This document shows, in pieces, positions 1 to 9,306 of a stretch of 64,000 nt of DNA; the first letter of the stretch is position 1, and every line of letters begins with the position of its first letter. Where the stretch lies: the NCBI GenBank assembly GCA_035084275.1, contig CM068754.1, positions 12,214,001-12,278,000 on the forward strand. Reading direction: 5' to 3'. This DNA is from Hydrolagus colliei (Eukaryota). Both the position numbers and the translations under genes were made by a program. Under the pieces are notes generated by a model. That model was not told the origin of the DNA, did not search any database, and saw only the letters and a program-made list of their open reading frames with translations.

Positions 1-2926
1 CTTGACGTGTTTCATACGTATAAATTGATGCCCAGGTTTAATTCGTATACATAGGATGAGAATATACAGCGAATATTTATATAAATTTTCATAGAATGTG
101 TTTCACCATAAAGTGATTATTATCAGTAGATAGAAGTGTGAAAAAATCACGATCAATTACTGGTACAAATCTAAGAGAAAAAAAAATTAATTTGATGTTG
201 CTTGGAAGAAAAATACAACAACTAGACCTTGTATATGTGTATTGTTTGTTTAAATACAAAATAAACGTATGTTACATACTGTATATTTAAAAACACACTG
301 TTTCTAAAAACAAATGCAATATTCTCCCTAAGTAAGTTAAAATATTGCAAGCAAAAAAACCGAAGAATAATAGTTTTAATCAAACATATCTACTTAAATT
401 TTATTAGTTATATTCATTATTTAAAAAATATATTTAATAAAGTACAATTAATTAACAATGGTCTTTTTGTTGCATTGTCAGATTTTTCGAGAAAGCAGTT
501 ATTATAAATATGACAGTCAGTTGTTTTTAGTTTTATGTAAATTGTCAAAACTGTACTTTTGAATAATCCCTCGAAAGTAGTCTGTCAGATAACTGCTTTA
601 CAGTGTGAAACATCAAGATGTTAAAAATGCATTTTGTTATTTTAATTTATTAGGAAACCTTTCAGTTGGGTGGTATGTACATCTGATCATTCTCTTCACC
701 CACAAAATATCCAATTCAGATGGAATGTGTCAGTATCGTGATAAAATAATGCATGAAAATCTACAACATGATTAAATACTCAATCTAGGTCGCTTGCCTA
801 AATCTGATGCATTATTAACAAGTAGTCAGATTTTTTACTCAAGTACTATAGTAACTTTAAGCTCACTACTGCTTCATATAGCGAATTATGCAATTAAGTG
901 ATGGCAAACAGACTCGTCTTTATTTGTCTGGGGAGGAGCCAAACAAACACCATATTTGAATTGAAGGTTTCTTCATGTATGGGTTTGAAAAATTATTATA
1001 TTCGATACATTATTCGTGCATTTTTCGAATCACTGAAATGCAATCTACATGGGCTATTAGAAATTCCCGCAATTATTTGTAAAAATTGTAAAAAAACAAT
1101 CTCTAATTTAACAGCACGCTTCTCATTCATTTCGAATATTTATCTTCGTATAAATAAATCCGATTAAGTTACACCAGCACATTGAAACCTCGGGTAACAA
1201 TTATTCTTGTGAAAAAGTATTATATACGTTAATGTTGCCTATAGTTTAAATTATACGCATTCATAACTTTAAATTATGACAATCTAGTGAGAAATGTTAA
1301 ATAATGGAAAACGTGGCCATGAATATGATCTATGATAATAACTACGATCAAAAACATCTCCGTGTTGATGCCTGTTGATTTTGTATGTGTTGGACGTAGA
1401 CCTTATCAGAATTACACTTATTAGAAAACATTATACTATTTTGCCACGTTTTCGTTTGAACGAGCAAGATTAGCTCTCGTTTAAAACCCGTTAAGTATTT
1501 TAGCACGGTGCACTTATCTACCTGTGTGTGTCGGGACTATAAATTAAAAAAGGCAATTCTCGAAAGTTTCTCTGTCTGCAGAAACCTCGAACCCACGCAA
1601 CACAGGCGCATAAAAATGCGAAAGACATTTGGAGTGGATTTGATACCTTCCAGATTCAAGCAGAATGCGGGTCAGAAGCTCCCGGATAGAGTTTATTAAT
1701 CGGTGTTCTACATTGTTTAGATGATAGCAGTTGGCTCAAATTATTTTTGAAGACAATTTCAAGGCACTACACATGTGGTCGGCTACAAGTCAGAGGTCAA
1801 ATGGCCTGTCTTGCCCCAAGTCGGCAACTTCAGAGACACCGTACAACAGAATAGTCAGTTGATGATCTAATTGAATTATACGTTTTTGTTACAGAGACAA
1901 CAGAGCACGTGCGTCTTGTCGTTAATTATCTCCCAGAAACATTGAAATCAAACACAGTGGCAATATGGACCTTATATATGATGCGAGTCCTTTTTTTTCC
2001 CCCCCCAAAAAAATCTAACTGCCCATAAAATGCTGAAACGAAAAGGTTAGAGAAACATATTACTGTTTCCCTGGTTTAAAATGCGTAAATGCCGCAATAA
2101 ATCTGAACTGCAATATTGCCCTCAGTGTTTAGTACCACGGATAGATGTGAAGGCATCGGTTACTGATTTCGCCGACATGCACCGAGAATGGTTGAGTGCA
2201 GCTATAACCTTTGATTTTTTTTGTTGAAAAAAAACATCAGACGAAGGAAATACGTTTGTGTTTGAGCTAGCGTTATGTACAAGTCGCACAGTGATCCTAG
2301 CTTATTGACACATTCTCAAGACAGTGAAACAGATACTGCACGTTGGAACAAAAACGACACAATAGTTGTGTTTGTGGGGAAATTAAAAAAAAGGTTCTCT
2401 TTTTGTTAAAGAATAAAGAATTGATAAAGAATGCTAGGAAAAAAAATAATGTTTCTGCCTCAGACTTCTTTTTATTTACACAAGGCAACGTCGCTAAAAC
2501 TGCTCTTAAAAGTTTGAAAAGAAACGCCATAATGCAACATATGAAACATTGGTTTTGTCAAAATAAACAGGAAAGTACTCACCTACCCAGTATCTGGAGA
2601 TCTGCTACTTGATAGCTTGATGGACAGTGTGCGTTTTTTATATATATATATATATGGGAACATAGTGTAGACAGACCTCTGTGCAACTGCACAGGACTTA
2701 CAGCTTTTTGCAAAACTCACAAGAATGTGAAGTTCTTTCCATGTATTGGTTGGGATAAGGGATGTCAAAGAACCGTGTTATAAAGCGCTGCATGAAGCAA
2801 TCTCTCAATGCATCTCTGAACTTGATCAGATTTTATGTTTCCTGCAGAGAGATGGCGGCAAGCCTGTGAATCCAGCTCAATGGCCAGACTTTGAGGCTCA
2901 GAAACATCTCAGGATCTCATGATCTC

Positions 2927-2972
2927 TGCTGAGAGGCAGAGGCAAACCTATGTTTGCCTCTGCCTCTCAGCA
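2927..2972. repeat. Perfect 21-bp inverted repeat with 4-nt loop
   Basis: TGCTGAGAGGCAGAGGCAAAC-ctat-GTTTGCCTCTGCCTCTCAGCA. Confidence 0.95.
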
Positions 2973-3157
2973 CATCAACAACTTTGGTAGGTTTATCTAA
3001 AGAAAAACGCGCTATAAATATTGTTAGCCGGAGCGACTGAAATCTAATGCTCGAAGTGTTTCAAACGGTGTTTTTAACTGAAGGGAATTGATCCCACGCT
3101 GGAACGAACAGTATTATTTTTTCTAACAAAAAGAAGATCTGTTTCTGGCTGGAATTT

Positions 3158-3183
3158 TCTCTCTCTCTCTCTCTCTCTCTCTC
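3158..3183. repeat. (CT)n microsatellite
   Basis: Direct reading of the sequence. Confidence 0.9.
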
Positions 3184-3859
3184 CCCAACATAACGTGTTG
3201 TTGTAAAACGAGACCCCCGATGTTGTATTACTCGACGGTGGTTTAGAAACACATCACGCAAGATGTACAGCGACGATTGCAATCGTTCCCTTTCCCCTTA
3301 AAGAGGAGCAGAGAAAGAGAAATTTCTTCGGCTGTAAACAAAACTCTTAACGAGGATCAGGTTTTGTAGATTTCACTTTTACTGCCTTTGACGCGAAAAT
3401 ATTTCAAAGAACAGGAAGGTTTTTATATCCCGAACCCATGGGAACAATTTAGATAAACAGATGGGCAAAAGCTAATTGAAAGGAAAAACAAATACTGGAA
3501 AAGTTTAAATATGTGAAAACGCTGATAAAATCCGGACTTTATTATTTTTCGAATTTACCTCCAATATATTTAGACCTGTTTTGACACCAAGGTATGATAT
3601 TTTGATGACCCTTCTATTGCGATTGCCACTAATCATTTCAAACGGCAAGGTTAGAAATAATCTGAGCACAATATAAATAAACGCCTCCGCCCCCACCCTC
3701 ATGATGATAATGTAGCGTGTGTATGTATGTATATCTCTGTGTGCGTGTGTGTGTGCGTGTGTGTTAGCATTGGTCGTTCGCGAATAAAAGTGCCAAACAC
3801 ACGGCACATTTTTTTTAAAAAAACAAGAAAACTGCTGTTTGGCGAAATGAAATGGAAGA

Positions 3860-4200
3860 GTAAAATGCAAATGAAACCCGACGCAAGGCGCAATTAATCA
3901 ACGGGGCGAGAAACCCGGAGGTGCAGTACCTGTAACTAAACCCTCAGCGCAAACCAATCAGCGCCCGAGAGTAGCGTGAGGTTGCCATCTTTAATAGTGA
4001 TTAGTGCCAGTCAAGTGTGTGGCGCCCTATCAGTGAACGGCGAGGCTTTCACATGACTACAATGGTCCACGGCTACCATTGGCCGGTTCGGGGCTGCCCC
4101 CTGAGATCATTTATGTTCAGGCGGGTGAGTGATTGACTCTATCAGTCTGAGAACATCACTCTATTGAAGAGGGTTAGTTTGATCGTGAGAATCAATTCAC
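3860..4200. promoter_or_regulatory. zic3 proximal promoter, CpG-enriched with CCAAT boxes in both orientations
   Basis: CCAATCA at 3954-3960 and ATTGG at 4078-4082; CpG-rich relative to the flanks; 400-750 nt upstream of the ATG. The TSS cannot be determined from sequence. Confidence 0.6.
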
Positions 4201-4518
4201 TTTTGCAGGATTGTTGTTGTTATTTCCCCCCCCCCCCCCCTCTATCTCTTCTCTCCCCCCCCCCCCTACCACCCCCCAAATCCACCCGCCGCCCCCCTCT
4301 TCGCCCCCCCAAAAAAAAACCTCGGTTACGAATCCATCAAAGCGTTTCCAATGCGCCGGAGCTAAACAGACAGTATTTTTTCAAAAGTTTTTTTTTCTGG
4401 GGTGAAACGAAAAGAAAATCTCTTTTTCTGGGGTGGGTGGGGAGGTGGGGGGAGGGGGGGTGGGGGGTGAGCTGATTCCTCGGAATCTTGTGTGTTTTTT
4501 TTGCAACGTGTTTTTTTT

Positions 4519-4619
4519 TGTGTGTGTGTTGTGACTGTGAGTGAGTGAGTGAGTGTGTTGTGTGAGAGTGTGTTGTGTGAGAGTGTGTGTGTGTGTGTGT
4601 GTGAGTGAGTGAGTGTGTG
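4519..4619. repeat. (GT/GAGT)n compound microsatellite immediately 5' of the zic3 ATG
   Basis: Direct reading of the sequence. Confidence 0.9.
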
Positions 4620-4621
4620 AA

Positions 4622-5627
4622 ATGGCGATGTTACTGGACGGTGGACCCCAGTTTCCTACACTCGGGGTTGGTGGCTTTGGTGCTGCTCGACATCACGAGC
4701 TGCCCAATCGAGATCCCGGACTGGGACTCAATCCTTTCGGCGATTCGGCTCACGGTGGGGCTTTCAAACTCAGCCCGGTGGCTCACGACATTTCTTCCAG
4801 CCAGACTTCAGCTTTCACTCCGCAGGCTTCGGGCTACGCCGCCGCCTTCGGTCACCACCATTCCGCCGGTCAAGTTGCCTCTTACGGCGGGACGTCTTTC
4901 AATTGCACCCGGGATTTCCTCTTCCGAAACCGAAGCGCCGGTAGCATCGGGGACTCGGCTCCCACAAGTGCTCACCAACATGGCATTTTTACGTCGCCGA
5001 CCGGACCCATCCACGGACCTCCTGGGATTCCGGACAATCCTGGACATCTTTTATTCCCGGGGCTTCACGAACAAGCTCCCAGCCACACGTCCCCGAATGG
5101 ACACGTAGTGAACGGGCAGATGCGCCTCGGGCTCCACGGTGATCTATTCGGAAGACCCGACCCGTACCGTCCGGTGAATAGTCCCAGGACAGACCCGTAC
5201 GCCGCGGCTCAGCTGCACAATTACAGCCCCATGAACATGAATGTGGGCATGAACGTGACCGGCCATCACGGAGCGGGAGCTTTCTTTCGGTACATGAGGC
5301 AGCCGATTAAGCAAGAATTGTCCTGCAAGTGGATAGACGAAGTCCCGATCAATCGCCCCAAAAAGTCTTGCGAAAGGACTTTCAGCTCGCTGCACGAACT
5401 GGTCACCCATGTCACCATGGAGCACGTCGGCGGCCCGGAGCAAACCAACCACATCTGTTACTGGGAAGAGTGTCCGAGGGAAGGGAAATCGTTTAAGGCC
5501 AAATACAAACTGATCAATCACATCAGGGTGCACACGGGCGAGAAACCCTTCCCCTGCCCCTTCCCGGGATGTGGGAAAATATTTGCAAGATCTGAAAACC
5601 TGAAGATCCACAAACGGACGCACACTG
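4622..5627 (+). CDS. zic3: ZIC3 zinc-finger transcription factor, coding exon 1 (N-terminus, ZOC box, ZF-NC, ZF1-ZF3)
   Basis: ATG at 4622 (gaaATGG) gives [33 protein letters not shown]..., which matches the ZIC3-specific N-terminus (human [31 protein letters not shown]). Also [34 protein letters not shown] and [27 protein letters not shown]. Ends at phase-1 donor G|GTAATA at 5627/5628. Confidence 0.98.
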
Positions 5628-7086
5628 GTAATAAAATAACCCTAATCGTAAAGATAATACTACTAACGACCGTCACTCACGCCGTTTGACATTCATTCCT
5701 CTGTATTTTTTGATCGGTTGTTCGTCTTGTTGCCTTTTTAAAAAAAATAACAGACCGATTGAAATCTGGGCTTTATTTGAAATAAAAGTCAAAGGAAGGT
5801 TTGGCAGCATCATACGATCGCTTGTTGCTAGTTTCGAACAAAGCAGATCGGGTGATCTCCTGTTTAAATTTTCTATTTTCTATCCCTGAATGATCTTGTC
5901 CGCGAAGTCAATGGCAGTTTAAAAGCCTGTTGCCACGGGCTATTTTTTTTACACACACACACACACAAAAAAAAATTATGGTAAAAAATTCATACCCATT
6001 CTTTCCGAGCTGTGTGCCAGCGTTAGGATAAGCAGGATAAGGTTTAGACCTTACCTAAGTTCTGATAAGTTAACTGCTCCGTGTTTATTTTTCAGCATTA
6101 CCATTCTAGCTTTTCTTTTAAAAAAAAACCCCAAATCCAATATGTTTCCCGGCATTTCTAAAAATTGTATTTTTCCGAGAATTGAAAATCCTGATTGTTT
6201 TATTCGGTGGTAAAACTTTGGCACGAGCTTTCAATAGCATTTGTGAATTTAATTAAAAGAAACGTTTAAAAATGTAGATTTATTCACTCGATTCAGCTAG
6301 AAAGGATAGCAATAATGATTTTGAATGTAACACGTAGCCTTTTTTTATAAAAAAATAATTTATAAATTCTTTGGAATGATGTTAAACACATTTGCACAGT
6401 GGAGCGAATGCCTCCAAAAACAAATGCTGTTCTCTTTACATTAGTGTGTTTTGGGGTTGGAAGAAAGTAACAAACCAGACACAAATGACGCGGTGTTTAT
6501 ACTCAGAACAACAGATTGTTGCTGTGGAGGTTGTGGTCTTTTCCACGTAGTATCACGTGAAATATTTAAGTGACAAAACTGGAAACTTTTAGCATTAATA
6601 TGCTGCACGTTGGCGTCAAGCATTTGGTAAACAACGTAATTTGAAATACATCCCGAGAAGTTCACTCTAAATGATTAACAACCCCCTTTGTCACACCAGA
6701 GACGGGGGTGGGGTGGGGGAGGGATTACTTTAGATGTGTGATAATTTTATCATTTTCCAAATAATTGTGCCCATTTCAGTAAAACCTATAACATCGTAAA
6801 AATATAACCAGCAGACTATTTTATTTTACAGCGAAATTATTTTGTAGTTTTGATGTTCTACATATAACTAAATGTCCCCTTAACCCAAAGCTAATGCATG
6901 TTGTTTCTGGGGGGAAACAAACTGTTTTCTTTCAATGGGCGGGGGGGGGGGGGGGGGGGGGGAATTCAGGGATATGGTTTCATATAATTAAATATATATG
7001 TATATACATGTATGTATGTATGTACATATATGTATATCTATAACGTCGGAAATAATAATACCTTCAATTGTGGATGTTTTTGTTAA

Positions 7087-7278
<192 letters not shown>

Positions 7279-7619
7279 TAAAGATAATTATTCTCATTCT
7301 GTATGATTATTATCTGTTGCATGTGAATTCTTTACTCTACATTTGGACTTGTAACTTACTACACCCACAACATTTGCAACACAAGGAACTAAATCGAAAA
7401 CAGAATCCCTCTCCCTCTCCCCCCCAAAAAAGCTTGGCTTTGCGATTTGAGTAAGTGTTTTAGTTAGTGTTTGTTTACATATTTTTCAAACGATAGCAGT
7501 ATTTGATTTGCATGTGTGTGCAAGGAAAATGTTTCCACAAGCTGATTGATTGGATCGCACGCACACACACACAGACACTTATTATACGTACACACAACTA
7601 TGTTTCTTTGTAATTGTAG

Positions 7620-7802
7620 GTACACGAGTCCCAAGGTTCCGATTCCTCCCCAGCTCCCAGCTCTGGCTACGAATCTTCTACCCCTCCAACTCATGTGTCT
7701 TCAAATAGTGAGGATCCAAGCAAAACATCGGCATCGACCGCACAAAATACTGCCAACCACAATCCGGCACTTCCGCCTAATTTTAACGAGTGGTATGTCT
7801 GA
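7620..7802 (+). CDS. zic3: ZIC3 coding exon 3 (Ser/Thr-rich C-terminus)
   Basis: Acceptor tttctttgtaattgtAG at 7618-7619; translates [60 protein letters not shown]; stop TGA at 7800-7802. NFNEWYV is the ZIC1-3 terminal motif. Total protein 450 aa. Confidence 0.97.
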   Translation, partial: VHESQGSDSSPAPSSGYESSTPPTHVSSNSEDPSKTSASTAQNTANHNPALPPNFNEWYV

Positions 7803-8003
7803 GAACAGGACACAGATTGTTTGGAGATGGACTAACAACTTGCCTGTTCAAACCTGTTGAAACCCTTTTTTGTTAGAAGCAAGCAGAGCAAAGTACTTCG
7901 GATAATTATATAAAAAAATAATAGCAATGGGAATAATCGGTTAATAGTTGCGTCAATGTTTTTTTCAAGAGGAAAGGCTTTGGTGATTGAAAGTGATCTC
8001 TCG

Positions 8004-8048
<45 letters not shown>

Positions 8049-9306
8049 TGGACTGACTGACTGACCGTGAGCTTTGCTCAGGACTGGAAGCAATTGTTAG
8101 CGTTCAGATGTGATTTTCTTTTGTTTTTAACCGATGGGCGAAAAAAAACAAAAGTATAAAGCAAAGAATCTTGCGTATGACCGTTTATTTTTGGTGGTGA
8201 ATTCATGGCACCTTGAGGGTGATTGACTGTGAAATTCACAAATTCATTCACACAGTCTTAAAAACGTGCCAAAGTCCTGTTATGTCTTGAACTTTAAAAG
8301 AAAAAAAATACTCGTGAATGTATTTCCTGTTGGATGGGGTCGAATCTGTTGTTGTTTTAGTGCTTTTTTTCACAGACTGGGATTTTAGTCTTACTAGTGC
8401 AGGATTGTGACAGTAAAGTATACCGTTGCCTTTTATAATAACAACTTTTTTTGTAAATACACATTCATAATATCATATTTATCACTTTGTAATTTAATTA
8501 TCGGTATTTGCGTGCCGGGATGAAACGATATTTATGAAAAAAATGTTTTCTAACAAAACCCTATGTACAGTTTTTTTGGGGGGTGGGGGGAGGGGATCTA
8601 TAACCACGTTAACATTAAACCATTTTGATTTACAAACAATAGTTGGATTCATTGTGCCATATGATGTTGGGTACTTAATCATACAAAGTGGGCTACAGTG
8701 TTTAGGTCTAGTTACCTTAAACCTAGATCACAAGTGTGAATTGGGTGTTTTCAGGAATGTAAACTTTGATCCCAGGACCTTGTGATAATTGAAATCGGAA
8801 TAACGTAAAAAATAATTCGCATTAATACACATGTTAGTCACAGAGAAAACAGTTTAAAACTAGATTTCTGCATCTCCAGCTATAACTGTTATGATTTGCA
8901 TTATTTGCTTTATTTTGTCTGTGTGGGGGAAGGAGTGGGTGGGGGGTTGGGTCGGTGATGATACATTTGTCTCCATGGTAGACATCACACTTTGTAATGT
9001 CAGTTCAATATTTAATAGGTGCAATAATAGCGCCCATCACTCAACATTTGGCGTTTGCATTTGCAAATCAATGATTACCAATCAATCGAGTTAGTGTCTT
9101 TTGACGTCTTTATTATTTACCCGAAAGATTGCAATTCGGTTTTTCTGCCAATTGTTACAAAAAAGTTTATTGTGACAGGCGACTGCAAGGGGGGAAAAAT
9201 TCTGCAGCAACGTCACATTAGTGAAAGAAGCACATTTGGGTCGAAAGTATCATATCAGATTTGCTTCTAACTTTCAATGACAAAAGGAAAACTTCGAAGT
9301 AATAAA
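7803..9306 (+). other. zic3: zic3 3' UTR (end uncertain)
   Basis: Follows the stop codon; AU-rich; Pumilio element TGTAAATA at 8452-8459; candidate poly(A) signals ATTAAA at 8613 and AATAAA at 9301. Confidence 0.55.
8004..8047. repeat. (CT)n(CA)n microsatellite in the 3' UTR
   Basis: Direct reading of the sequence. Confidence 0.9.

Noticed and set aside
1-4600. zic6 coding sequence head-to-head with zic3
   Set aside because: No zinc-finger or ZF-NC peptide on the minus strand within the window; if present it lies further left.
4605-5623. Overlapping ORFs (167, 79, 159 and 62 aa) across exon 1
   Set aside because: Shadow frames of a GC-rich coding exon, with no independent homology.
4613-5689. 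358-aa single-exon ORF from the track
   Set aside because: The GTG start lies in the GT microsatellite and the true start is ATG 4622; the tail after HTG is intron read-through past the donor at 5628.
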